The notes under the pieces were generated by a model, which was not told the DNA's origin, did not search any database, and saw only the letters and a program-made list of their open reading frames with translations. This document shows positions 1 to 12,500 of a DNA stretch of 64,000 nucleotides, in pieces. Source of the stretch: Lama guanicoe. Lineage: Eukaryota. Position 1 is the first letter of the stretch. Every line of letters begins with the position of its first letter. The stretch spans positions 1,364,001-1,428,000 of the forward strand of contig MU053758.1 of the NCBI GenBank assembly GCA_013239625.1. The letters are read 5' to 3'. Position numbers and translations under genes: made by a program.

Positions 1-798
1 GGAGGCCATGTGGAATAGAGGCAAAAAGCTTGCCATTGGTGTTGGTCAGACTGGGATTCAAGTTCTGCCATCTACCAGTTCTGTTACTTTGCCTAAGTTA
101 GTTAGTCTCTCAGTTTTCTCATTTGTAAAGATTAAAACCATACCTTAAAGATTAAATTTTAAAATGCTTAAAAAAGCTGAGCACATAGTGGACACTTAAT
201 TAAGAGTCGTTTCCTCTAGAGGGGGAGATTGTATCCCAGGAAGGGGCCGTCACAGAGGGCTTCCTGGAGGAGAGGATAATCCACCCCATACAAGCAATAT
301 GGTTTAGATGGGAGAAAGGCTTCTGATTACACGTTCTAGCAACAGTCAAGATATTAGGGGAATATTAGAGGAATGCTAAGTCACAAAATAATTGATGGGA
401 TTTAGTGGCTGATTAGATACAGAGGAGAGGGAAGATTGAAAGGTGAGTCTTAGGTCTTCAGCTTGAGTATTTTTGAGAGTGAGTCATTTTAAAAACAAGA
501 TCAAATATAGGAGCTGAGTTGGTGCAGGAGGGTAGAGTAGAGGTTGGGAGAGGGGTCATGTATCCAGTTTTAGAAACATTTAGTTTTTAAGGTCATAAGA
601 GGACATCCAAGGGGAACTGCACATTCTTGACTGGGATTTGGGAGAAGGGCTGACGCTCAGAAAATAAGAAGTTAGACGTCAATAGACAAACAGTCATTGA
701 GCTCCCACAAGTAAATTATGTCTTTAAGGACATTATCTATAAAGAGAGAAAAGAAAAAGATTTGGGAATGGAAATGGGGTTACAAAGTAGCAGGCAAT

Positions 799-934
799 GG
801 GGGAGAGTATAGCTCTAGTAGAGTGCATGCCTAGCATGTGCAGGGTGCGGGGTTCAATCCCCAGTACCTCTATTAAAAATAAATAAATAAACCTAATTAC
901 CCTCCCACCCCCTCAGAGAAAAAAAACAAACAAA
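799..934 (+). mobile_element. tRNA-Ala-derived SINE (Vic-1-like)
   Basis: A box/B box (ggttcaatcc), A-rich tail, degenerate TSD tagcaggcaat/tagtaggcaat. Confidence 0.85.
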
Positions 935-1031
935 CTAGTAGGCAATAAGAGTGAGGGAGAAGAGAAAGGAAGCAGCAGTAGAGAAGGAACAGCAGAGGTA
1001 GGGAAAGAAGTGGGCAAGTGGACAGTTAATA

Positions 1032-1466
1032 TTATGATAGAGTAACATTCCCCAGAAGTTGTCCACATGCTAATCCCTGGAACCTGAAAATGTGTTCCTT
1101 TACCTGGCAAAAGGGACTTTGCAGCTATGATTAAATTAAGGATTTTGAGATGGGGAGATTATCCTGGATGATCTGTAATATAATGACAAGGGTCCTCATA
1201 AGAGGAAGACTGGAGGATCAGAGTCAGAGAAGGTGATGTGATGACAGAAGTAAAGGCCTGAGTGATGTGGGGCTGTGAGCCAGGGGATGTCAGCAGCCTC
1301 AGGAAGCTGGAAGAAGCAAAGAACAGATTCTCCCCTAGAGCTGCTAGAGGGAACACAGTGCTGCTGACCCATTTTCAACTTCTTTCAGAACTGTAAGAAA
1401 ATTTATTTTCCTCTAAGCCACTAAGGTTGTAGTAGTTTGTTACAGCAACGATAGGAAACTAATGCA
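1032..1466 (+). mobile_element. MaLR solo LTR (MLT1D-like)
   Basis: ctaatccctggaacctg...ggcaaaagggactttgcag...ttgttacagcaacgataggaaactaatgca. Confidence 0.8.
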
Positions 1467-2959
1467 GGAGTTAACAGCTAAAAATAGCCTAAATCTAACA
1501 ATGATGGATTCTTTAAATAAGTTATAGCATGTCGGTATGATGGACTATTATAATCGTAGCTAGTCATTAAAAATTATGCTATAGGAGATCATCTAAACAT
1601 GTGGAAAATGTTCATAATAGATTGCCAAGTCCAGAGAGCAAGGTAAAATATTGTAGGTATTTATATTAAAATTTCATCAAGTGGTACAAGATTCATGCAT
1701 TTTATGCACTTGACTAGATGTGGTATACCTCAGTTTAAAAGTTTTGCAGATTCATATAGATGTCCTGTTTGTTCAAAGAAGAGAATCTTGTGTTAAATCT
1801 ATGTATCCATGAATAGGAAAGAGACTAGGAATGTTAATAAACCAAATGTTAATAATGGCTGTCTCTGGATGGTAGGGTTACAGATGATTTTTATGTTCAC
1901 TTTTTATTCTTCTCTGTCTATTCCAACTTTTCTTCAATGAACAGGCATTACTTTTTTGATCAGAAAACATTTTAAAAATTAATTTTTTAAAGATCAAGAA
2001 AAAGGGGTAGGGAGAAAATTTGAAGGATTTAAAAGCTTAAGGGTGAGGGCCCAGCGGCATGTGGCGCAGCCAAGCCTCTATGAACAATTTTCTGAAAATA
2101 GATTTTTTTTTTAAATGTGTCTCCTACCCCAACCCCCAAAGCAGAAAGAAACTCAATACTGGGGATGTAAAGAGAAGGAAGAAGAAGAAAAGCTAGACTG
2201 TAGAGATGAAAGCTTCCTGACTCCTGAGTTGGGAGGGTCTGTGAGAAGTGAGGGGAGTAGAGCGGATTATTCAGTCTCCCCTGCCCCCACCTGTGTTTGC
2301 CCAAGAGCCTGGAGACAGATCCGACACCCTCAGCCGCTTTCTCCTTTTGTTTATTCAGTTCTTTATATCCTTCCTTTGTTCTTTTTCTAATTATCAAGGT
2401 AATAATGCCTCTCACTGGAGAAATTGTGAAAAGCATGAAGAGTTAAGCAGAAATCACCTGTAATCCCAAATTATTGAAAAATTGGCATACTTCCCAACCT
2501 ACTTCAAATTTAAATGAAAGCTAAAGTATTACTGTGTAACATTTTGGCACCCCCACCTTAAAAAAAAACATACTTTTAAGAATTTTAAATTGATTCAACT
2601 CTTTGTCAGGTGGCATTAAAAATTAGTATGAACTAAACATATCTGGACTGACTCCAAATGGGTTTTCATACTGGTAGTATAATGGAGAAGTAAGTGAAGC
2701 CTTTTAACTTTGACTCAAGCTTTAAAAAAAAAAAGTACCAATAGAATAAGCTAAAACTTGAAAATCATTGAAGTATGCCCAGTGGCTCACAAACCCGGAG
2801 GCTCACTGAAGCCTCTTCCTGGCCCGGTGTTACAAAGGTATCCTGTATTCTGGGCCAGCTGTCTTCTAATCTTCTGTTCTTTTTTTCCTTTATTTGAGTA
2901 CATGCTCAATTTCGATGATCTGCTTTGTTTTGGAAAACACCCAGCTCTTTTCCTCTTAT

Positions 2960-3830
2960 GTGTCTCCTTTATCTTCATGATAGTTTCTGACACCAGATGT
3001 GTGGGGGTTTTTCCCCTCCAAGCAGTTCTTTGACACAGGGGGTCAATTTAATTCTGACACTATTTACCTAGCGATAGAGTCAGAGCCCACAGGTTAAGGG
3101 CTCAGTCTCATGAGACTGCCCCCTACTTTAGATGCCAGTTGTCAGTAGTAGGCCCCCAGGTTACCCACAGCTTTTGTCCACCTTGGTTATGAATCTAAGA
3201 TTTCCATGGCCCCCTCCTTGGGATCTGTCAATTTTCTAGACTGGCTCATAGGACTCAGGGAAACACTTTACATTTACCAACTTATTAAAGGATATGATAA
3301 AGGATACAGATGAATAGCCAGATGAAGAGATACATACATAGGATGAAGTCTGAGAAGGTTCTAAGCACAGGAGCTGCTGTCCCTGTGGAGTTCAGGTGAG
3401 AGTTGGAAGCCCCTGAAACCCCTGTTGGGATTTTTATGGGGACTTTCTCATGTAGGCATGATCAGTTTACTCCATTTCCAGCCCCTCTCCCCTCTTTAGA
3501 GAACTTGGTCCTGGTAGACAGGGCTTAAAATTCCATGCTCCTAACTATGGTTTGGTCTTTCTGGTGACCAGCTGCCATCCAGGAACCATCCAGGTGCCCA
3601 CGCAGAGTCACCTCGTTGGAACATAAGGTGCTCCTAGTATTCTTATCACTCGAAATTTATAAGGGTTTTAGGAGCCCTGAAGTCAGGGAGTCAGGGCCGG
3701 GGTAGGAGACCAAATACTAGAACAGGAGAGGCTCCTGGTGCTCTTATCACTTAGGATGTGACAAAGGTTTTAGGAACTACATGCCAGGCACTGGGGGCAG
3801 AGGTTAATATATATGTTTTCTATTATCTCA
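2960..3830 (-). mobile_element. Solo LTR (MER21-like)
   Basis: ttctgacaccagatgtgt, caatttaattctgacacta, cccacaggttaagggctcagtc motifs; boundaries approximate. Confidence 0.65.
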
Positions 3831-3886
3831 TGTTTGTACGTTTTGTATGCACACAAATATCTTTTGTCCCCTATTAGTTTGTAATT

Positions 3887-4122
3887 CAAGGCTTCTCAGC
3901 CTTGGTGCTGTTGATATTTTGGACCAAATAATTCTTTGTTGCTAGGGGGCTGTCCTGTGCATTGTAGAATTTTTTAGCGGTATCCCTGGCTTCTACCTAC
4001 TTGGTACCAGTAACACCCCTCTCAAACCCTGACAGTCAGAAACCTGACAAGGTCTCCAGACCTTGCTATGTTCCCTGGTGGCAAAAATAGCTTCCCCACC
4101 CGCTGCAGTTGAGAACCACTGC
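3887..4122 (+). mobile_element. hAT-Charlie MITE (MER20-like)
   Basis: ttctcagccttgg...gggggctgtcctgtgcattgtag...gttgagaaccactg. Confidence 0.8.
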
Positions 4123-4224
4123 TCCTTGAGGTCAGCTGCCGTGTCATAAATCCCTGTATTCCACACGGTGAGTTTATTGCCCAAAGAGTATCACTGCCTT
4201 ATGAAAATAGTAACTAATTTTTAT

Positions 4225-4462
4225 AAAGCCCTTCCTCTGTACTGTTCTAAGCTCCACACACATATTAACTCATTTAATCTTCACAACAACCCTATGAGAT
4301 AGGTACTATTATTATGCCCCTTTTACAATCAAGAAGCTAAGACTCGAAGAGATTAGTTTAGTTATTCATGGTCACCCAGCTAGGAAGTGACACCTGGGAT
4401 TTGAACTCCAACCCAGGCAGTCCAGCTGCAGATTCTGAGCTCTCAACCATTTTGCTATCTAC
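4225..4462 (-). mobile_element. MIR SINE
   Basis: ctcatttaatcttcacaacaaccctatgagatagg...ggatttgaac. Confidence 0.8.
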
Positions 4463-5293
4463 TGCTTTTAAATACAAAGAAAGAAAAAACTTTTTTTTTT
4501 GTAAGCCAGACATTGTCCATCTGCCTACAGAATTTGCATAGGCAAACACATGGTAAAAATAAAGTTTCCTGTTCTGCCTTTTTCACAAAACATGATATAG
4601 CAAAGCGTTTTGCCATATTCCTAAAATCTTCTACATTGTTTGAATGGCTGCATCATATTAACAAGAGGTTAGGCAATAACTAACATAACCAGTGCCTTCT
4701 TTTGGGGCATTTTGATTATTGCTGCTGTTTCACTTGAAATATTTTAATCAATTTTTAAGTATAATTTACTGGCAATGAAGTGCACCCATTTTAAGGGTAC
4801 AGTTTGATAAGTTTTGACGAATGTATAAGTCCGTGCTGCCACCAACACAAGATATAGAACATTCTCATCACCTTTGTTCCTTTCTATAGTGGCAGCCGAA
4901 GCTGGCTTGTACCCTAGTACCTGCTCAGGAGCACCAGCTTTGTGTACATCTCTCGAATTTACATTTAGTGACATCACATTGATAGCTCAAAATTAGCCAT
5001 TGTGGGAGTACTTCACTGAAATTGGGAAAGTGCCACAGATCAAGACTTCTTTAAAAAAAATTCTTTTAGAACCAGTTAACCAGTACTACAGCTTGTGCCC
5101 CTTTGCAGTCACCCGTCCATCTTACAGCCACAGTCTGCTTTCTGACATTTCCTTTTGCATTTCTAAGAATTCTGTAAATAAAATCATGCACTGTATACTC
5201 TTTTGTGCCTAGCTGCTTTTGCTCAGCATGCTTTTGAGAATCATCAACATTGTTACACATATCAATAGTTCATTCCTTTTCATTGGATTCTGT

Positions 5294-5817
5294 TGTATTG
5301 GTAAACAGCTTGGCCAGGACCTTTACTGTGGTTTCCACAGAAAGGAACAGATGAGGCAGTGTAAGCAGGCTTAGGATTGGCTAGCTTAATTTTCGTGGAC
5401 CTTGGGGCATAGGGACTGGCTATAGTTGTCTGGTGTCTGGCCCTGAAATGATTAGGGTGGAGGAAAAGTGACTGATTGTGAGAGCCTGATAAGTAGGTGG
5501 TAAGTAAGGGTATTGGATTGGTTGTATATAAAAGGTACACTGGAAGAAAATGGTTTACTGTCTCTAAGAATTGGCTCGCCCTGGGAGGGGCAGCCTCTCC
5601 AGGGCTAGCAAGGCCCCAAGATGTCAAAGCATCAGTAAATAGAGAAATTCTTTTTTTTTTAATTTTATGGAGGAGGTAATTAGGTTTTTAAATTTTATTT
5701 ATTAATTTTAATGGAGGTACTGAGGATTGAATCCTGGACCTTGTGCATGCTAAGCATGTGCTCTACCACTGAGCTAGACCCTCCCCCAAAGAAAAGTTTT
5801 AAAAACATGATTATACA
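5294..5817 (-). mobile_element. ERV1-type solo LTR (MER34/MER39-like) interrupted by a SINE
   Basis: tgta...taca termini; gcaggcttaggattggctag and gcaaggccccaagatgtcaaagcatca motifs. Confidence 0.6.
5651..5787 (-). mobile_element. tRNA-Ala-derived SINE (Vic-1-like)
   Basis: Reverse-complement of the SINE head (ggaggtactgaggattgaa...ctctaccactgagcta) with a poly-T tail. Confidence 0.88.
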
Positions 5818-6043
5818 CCTGTTGGAAGGTTTTTCTAGAAAGAATCTAAACTGTGAGGTGCTAGGCAAAGCAGAAACAAGGTACCTTACTGTACTAAAAC
5901 ACAGGAAATTAGGTAAAAGACTACATAAGAAATGGCAAGAGCTGATCCTCTTGTCACACGTGCCCGAGGTTCTCCTTTTAATCAGTAGATTGGACGATCC
6001 TTTGGGAAAACTGACCAGCTCAAGAAGAAATACCTTTGGATAC

Positions 6044-6522
6044 TGTATGAGTTTTCCATACATAGGGCTGTGTTACAAAGTACCAAAATCTTGGTATCTT
6101 AAAACAAAAGAAATTTCCTCTCACAGTTCTGAAGTCAGAAGTCCAAAATCAGTCAAGTCTGAAAACACATCAGCAGGGCCATATTCCCTCTGGAGGCTGT
6201 AGGGAGCATTTCTTTCCTTGCCTCTTCTGGCTCTGGTGCTCCAAGTGCTCCTTGGCTTACAGCTGCATCACTCCAGTCTGCCTCCATCTTCAAATAACTT
6301 TCTCCTCTTCTGTGTCTCTCCTCTCTGTAGCGCTTACAACACTTGTTATTGGGCTCACTCAGGTAATCCAGAATGGTCTTATCTCAAGATCCTTCACTCA
6401 GATCTCAGAACTTTTAACTCAGTTACATTGCAAAGACCCTTTTTCCAAATAAGGTCACTTCACAGATTATGGGGATTAGAATGTGGACATATCTTTTTGG
6501 GGGGCCACTATTCAACCCACTA
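6044..6522 (-). mobile_element. MaLR solo LTR (MLT1 family)
   Basis: ctcacagttctgaagtcagaagtccaaaatca...ttttccaaataaggtcac...ggggccactattcaacccac. Confidence 0.78.
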
Positions 6523-6861
6523 GAGATACTAAGCTGAGAGTCCCCAGTAATGTCTGTCAACTCAGAGGCCCTGTCTCATGAACACAGAGCTCCCAAAAAC
6601 ATTTTAATGCCTTGGTCTTAACCATGAGTGGACTGTCCAGGATCATCAGGTAGTCAAGGAAAGCCTCTAACACAAAAGACAAACACCAAATAAATAAGAG
6701 CAAGAAAACTGGAGAATACAGAAACAGCACAAAGGACAGAATGAAACAGATCTTTAAAGATAGCATTGTCATACAGAGATGCTGCATCCATGAAACAAGA
6801 ACAGGAAGCTATTTTTAAAAAAGAACATTAGAGAATACAGATCTTTAAAATATGATAACCA

Positions 6862-6985
6862 GGGGTTTGGGTATAGCTCCTTGGTAGAGTGAATGCTTAG
6901 CATGCACAAGGTCCTGGGTTTGATGCCCAGTGCCTCCACTAAGATAAATAAAATAAGTAAATAAATAATAATAAAATAAATAACT
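6862..6985 (+). mobile_element. tRNA-Ala-derived SINE inside old L1M sequence (~6600-8100)
   Basis: gtatagctcc...atgcttagcatgcacaaggtcctgggtttgat plus (AATA)n tail. Confidence 0.85.
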
Positions 6986-7424
6986 TATTAAGATAATATA
7001 ACCAGTAACTTCAATCAAAGGGTTGGAAGATAAGATTGAGAAAATATCCTAAAAAAAAATAAAAGGGTGGAAAATAGGCATAAAAAGTTTTGAACCTAGA
7101 AGTATCCCAGGAGGATTAACATTCAACTAAGAGGAGTTACAGAGAAATAAAACAGAAAAATGGAGGGAAAGCAGTCATCGAAAAATAATTCGAGAAGTCA
7201 GAACTGAATGGCTTAGATCTCCAGAATGAGAAGTCCACTGAGTGACCAACATAATGGATGGAAAAGAAATAGATTTCAGATTTTTGGGTAAATAGTGGAA
7301 GGTTACTAAAACCTTCCAGAGAAAAAGCAGTTAACATTCAAAGGATCAGCCATCAGAATGGCACCCTGCTTCCCACCAGCCATGCTGGAAGACAGTGGAG
7401 GAATGCTTTTAAACTATTTATGAC

Positions 7425-7502
7425 CATGCGTGAGGTCTAGGTTCAATCCTCAGCACCTCCATTAAACAAACAAAACAAACAAAAAAAAAAACCACGAACA
7501 GA
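7425..7502 (+). mobile_element. 5'-truncated tRNA-Ala-derived SINE
   Basis: ggtctaggttcaatcctcagcacctccattaaa plus A tail. Confidence 0.65.
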
Positions 7503-8917
7503 AAAATTTATTTGTGACCTATAATTTTATGAATTAGCCAAATTGTGAATTCAGTAAAGTAAGCACATTTTCAGATGTGTGAAATCTGAAAAAATTTTTA
7601 CTTCCTATCCATGTACCCTTTCTCAGGAAATGACTGGGGTATGTGGTACACCAAAATGAGAGAATAAACCAAGAAACAGGAAGACATGTGCTCCTGGAAA
7701 CAGGATATTCAACAGAGATGAGAAATGAAGAGAACCCTCGAGATGCTGATGAAAGGAAATCCCAGGGCAACAGACAGATAACCTGGCTGCAGGCCTTTGA
7801 GAGTAACCAGTCTGGACTGGAGAGGGACGACCGAAGGCCCCAGAAGGGATGTCTCCAAGGGATAACATGAAATGGATAGAGGAAAAATTTACACTTCTGG
7901 TAGTGATGGAGAATAAATTAATTATAGGGACATGGAAAACTAAGCAAATAACAAAACCCAGCAATTTGTTTTTATTAATGATTAACTCCAGGAAAAAAGT
8001 TATAAAAAACTGAAAAAGAAACACAGTTTAGTTGTAGTAAACTAAATAGCTTGGCTGTGGATAGTATTTATGGAGGCAGAATTGTGTAAACAGTGTGGTT
8101 ATTGATCGCCTCTAACCTCAGCTCTCGTGGGCTTTCCTCTTTGTAGACTGCATTCCAGCCAGCAGGGGTGCTCTTTGTTGCAGTTACTCTGGGTTTCTTT
8201 TGTTTAAACAGGAATTGAGTTAATTAAATTCAGTTACTAAATTAATATGTTCATAAATTTATTTTTGAATTAAAATATCAATACAAATGAGTCTAAAGAA
8301 AAGGCTGTGATGAAAGTGTACACACACAGACACACACACTTTTTTTCTTTTTTGGACTAAATATCTGGAAAGGATTGTCAAGCTTTAAACTTGTGTTCTC
8401 TTAACTAATTTGAGACTTTTGATTTACCTGAACATTATATCATGGTGTATACCCATTCATCCCATTACAGGGAAGTTGTATATATTTGAATCCAATGTAT
8501 GTTAGACTGACCCATAATACATTATATTGTAAATTTTTTTTCTAGTTCTGTATTTATTTTTGCCACTAGATGGTGAGCAATTTGAGGGCAGGCTCTTGTT
8601 CTTTCCTCTGTAAGATTCTGGCACCTAACACAGACCTTTACTTTTTTCTTTTTTTTTTTTTTGAAATCTAAGATGAAGACACCACAGAGACCACAGTTTG
8701 AGTTGATGACCACATCTAATATTTGCAGAGCATTGAATTGCTCATACAGCAGTATCACATCCGTCTGCCCCATACTGAGGTTGGTGTTTTTATTATCTCT
8801 TCTACCCTCCTATTTTGCAGAAAAGGCCCTGAGTTCCAAAGAATGCCTTCCCTAAGGTCACGCAAGTCATTGTTGGAGCCTCTAGCAGAACTCAGGTCTC
8901 CTGATACCCAGTGATGC

Positions 8918-9437
8918 ATTAAAAAACTTTTTATAAAATTGTGGTTAGAAAAATTTACCATCTTAACCTTTTTTAAGTGTATAAGTTCTGTAGTGTTAAG
9001 TATATTCACATTGTAGTGTAACAGATCTCCAGAACTTTTTTATCTTGCAAAACTGAAACTCTATACCATTGAACAACCACTCTCTACTCTCCCCTCACCC
9101 CTGCCCTTGGCAACCACCATTCTTCTTTCTGTCTCTATGAATTTGAGTACTCTGGATACCTTCTGTAAGTGGAATCATACAATATATGTCTTTTGTGATT
9201 GGCTTATTTCACTTAGCATATGTCCTCAAGGTTCATCCATTTTCTTCCTTAAGGTTAAACAATATTACATTGTATGGATGTAGCCAATTGTTTATCCATT
9301 CATCCATCAGTGGACACTTGGGTTACTTCCACCTTTTTAGCTGTTGTGAATAATGTTGCTCTGAGTTCAAGTGTACATATATCTCTTCAAGATCCTGCTT
9401 TCAGTTCTTTGGGATCTATCCCCAGAAGTGGGATTCC
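8918..9437 (-). mobile_element. L1 3' end fragment (L1MA/MB-type)
   Basis: ggcttatttcacttagcat, tttatccattcatccatcagtggacacttgggt, cccagaagtgggatt. Confidence 0.8.
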
Positions 9438-10940
9438 AGTAATGCATTTTTAAAATTCTCCAACTCATTCCAAAAATGATTTGAGGTCACTCCTCCAGCA
9501 CCTTCTTAAGTATTAAAAAAAAAAAAACTTCTAAATTTTGAATGAATGAATGAATGAACAAAGGGGCCAGAATGGAACAGAGGAGAACAGCAGAAATGAT
9601 TGACCTAACAGCAGTCTTTGAGGGAATGAAGCTTTTTACCTTTACTCTTGGGAAGTAGCTGCCGATAACTAAGAGCCACCAGAGGTGGACTGGAGTGGCC
9701 TAGGCTTGTTTTCTCATGTACAAAATAGGCTCCAAAACATTCCCAAAGTAAGTCCGGTGCGTGAGAAAGGGTCACAAAGGAGGGCTTGGGTATTCATGAC
9801 CCCTGGTCTGTGCGGGAGTGGGTGTACCAACTCAGATATTCCGGGCCTGGCACAGGACCTTCACGAGGGCTCTGGTCAAAGTGGGGACTGTGGTATAATG
9901 TGCTGGTCATAAGTCAGTTCTCAGCTCGACATTGTTGGCAGATCTTCTGATTTTGCAAGAAAACTGGAAATCTGGGTTTTTATGTGAAATACCATGATTT
10001 TTAAAAGCTGGCATTTAAATTTTCAAAAAGATTTACAGGGCATCATGTAAGTCAAAGACAAAACACACATTTGCAACCTCTGGTCTGTGGTACTGTGGGG
10101 CACTTGTGGTAGTTGGTGACCTCGGGGGAAGAATTTTGTCTGGTTTGTTTGACCAGGGCTGGGAAAAGGTTATTGGGACCCAAATCAAATGCCTGTACCT
10201 GCAAAAGCTCTCCCCTTCTGTCCTTGGGTAAAGTTTAATGTGTTGCAGGTGGAGGGGAAATGACCCAAAAGGAACCATTAGGTTTTCCTGGTAGTAAATC
10301 TGTGCTGGTCAAATAGGAGAGGAGGGCCTCTGGTTTCAAATCCATTCTGTGAGATTTGGTTGTGCCTACTTCACAGAACCACGGTAAGAATAAAACGCCA
10401 CAGATTTGGAAAGGTGTTGAATTTTTCCTAAAATGTAATGCGGGTGCTAACTGAGATAATTATTTTGCCTTGAAGATCTCAGAAGAGTGTAATGTTTTGG
10501 GAATGATGACAGCTACAAAAGCTGACCTCGGAGATGCTGGGCCCAAGCTCTGGCAGGAAAAATGAAGGGGAAAGAAGGTGTCAGCCGTTCTGCTCTGGTG
10601 GGAGTGGTGTTGCTGAAAGTGGCGCTGGGGAGTCGGTGTGGAGTTGAGAAGCACACAGGGCCGTGGATGGTGTGATCCTGCTCCAGACGGCCAAGCTCCC
10701 TGCTGGGCTTCCTGAACCTCACACTGGAAGTTTCAGCTGAAATAAACCTCTGACCTTGCCACCAGTTCCCTCGACTAAGTGGGGCTTTTATATTTTACAG
10801 ACTATTTCATATTCCCACTTAGAAGGAGATTGGAACTGTTACTTCTATTAAGAAAACAGCACTGCTTATTATTACTACTGCTACTATTACTGATATTCCC
10901 GTCGTACTTTATGACTTACAAAGGCCTTTCATCTGTATTC

Positions 10941-11959
10941 TTTTTTTTTAAGTGAAGGCAACTTTATTTAGAAAGATACACACTCCATAGACACAGTGCG
11001 GTCTGTCTCACTCAGACAGGAAAACGGCTTAGGAGATGCATACTCCACAGGCAGAATGTGGGCCATCTCGGAAAGGTGAGAGAGAGAGAGACCGAGAGGT
11101 GCCTGTGTTTAGTTTAAAGTAAAAACAGTCATGGAGATTGTCATTCTAAGTGAAGTAAGCCATATGTGGAATCTAAAAAAAAGACAAATGAATTTATTTA
11201 CAAAACAAAAACAGACTCACAGATACAGAAAACAAACTTAGGGGTACTGGTCGGGGGGAGTGGGAAGGGATAAATTGAGAGTTCTAGATTTGCAGATACT
11301 AATATACATAAAATAGAAAAAGAACAAGTTTATACTGTACAGCACAGTGAACTATATTCAACATCTTGTAGTAACCTATGGTGAAAAAGAACATGAAAAT
11401 GAATATATGTATGTTCCTATATGACTGAAGTATTGTGCTTTACACCAGAAATTGACACAACATTATAAACTGACTATACTTCAGTAAAAATATATTTAAA
11501 AAAATAAAGTAAAAGCAGATACACACTCCATAGACAGAGTCCAGGCTGCCTCAGAAGGCAAGAGAGAGCGTGACCACCAGGTGTGGGGTAGTTAGGTTTT
11601 ATGAGCTCGGTAATTTCACATGCTAATGAGTAGGAGGATTATTCCACTACTTTAGGGCAGGGGTGAGTATTTCCAGGAAACGATCCTCCCTCCCCCGCCT
11701 ACTTTTTGACCTTTTATGGTCAACCTAGGAGCTGTCATGGTGCCTGTGTGTGTACCACGAGGCTCAAGGTCTACTGGAAGTCGAATCTTCCACCATCTTG
11801 GTTCTAACCAATTTGTCCTGTCCTCAATTGCTGTGTCATTCCTTGCATGGTTGTGCCTTGCCCCCTTTCCTCCCACTTCATTCCTCCCTCAGAGATTTTA
11901 CTCCCATAATCTTATGGGGATGCAGAAAGGCAATGATCAGTCTTCTGTAGCCAGTTCAT
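10941..11959 (-). mobile_element. ERV 3' fragment (internal end + PPT + U3-R + poly-A), apparently L1-retroposed
   Basis: PPT GAGGGAGGAA at 11881-11890 abuts TG at 11880; AATAAA at 10963-10968; A9 tail at 10941-10949; flanking repeat catctgtattc/cacctgtattc. Confidence 0.7.
11129..11504 (+). mobile_element. Younger L1 3' end nested in the ERV LTR
   Basis: ctaagtgaagtaagc...gtacagcacagtgaactatattcaa...ctgactatacttca; TSD taaagtaaaa(a/g)cag at 11115-11128 and 11505-11518. Confidence 0.85.
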
Positions 11960-12039
11960 CACCTGTATTCATTTTGTTTCCTACTGACTCTGAGGTGATG
12001 ATTCTTCTCACTTTACACATGAGGAAACTGATGGTTTCC

Positions 12040-12500
12040 CATTGTCCTTTAGTTAAAGTTCAGAATCTTCAAGTTGGCCTAAGTCTACCCGTAGTCTGGG
12101 CCTTGCCCACCTCTCCAGATCCCTCTTTCACCACTTTCCCAAGACCCTCACTTTGTTCCAGCTATTCTGTATTTCTTTTGGTTCCTCCAATAGGTTACAT
12201 TCTTTCCAGCCGTAGGCCTTGCATTGCACGCGCCGTTTCTTCTGCCTCGAACACTCTTGCCTGTCCTCTTTGCCTGGTGGCAACTCCTCATCTCTCAGGG
12301 CTTAGTTTAACACCGTTCTTCATAGGAGCCTTCCTGAACATTCAAGCTACACTGGTCTTCCTAGTAATCTCCTCTTATACCACCCTGCACTTCCCATTCC
12401 AAAGACTCATCACACTTCAGATTACTCATTCACTCTTTCTTGTTCCTGCTAGATTGTAAGCTCCATGAGGCAGAGACCAAGTCTGCCTTAACTGATCACT
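12040..12500 (+). mobile_element. L2 3' fragment
   Basis: ctagattgtaagctccatgaggcagagacc preceded by a pyrimidine-rich L2-like body. Confidence 0.6.

Noticed and set aside
5711..6202. 163-aa ORF as a gene
   Set aside because: It starts in an antisense SINE (the recurrent MEVLRIE...CMLSMCST peptide) and ends in MLT1. Only the central island is kept as a low-interest finding.
11716..12459. Longest ORF in the track (247 aa)
   Set aside because: It runs across antisense LTR, MIR (MRKL motif) and L2 sequence, is low-complexity S/L/P/F-rich and has no recognisable domain.
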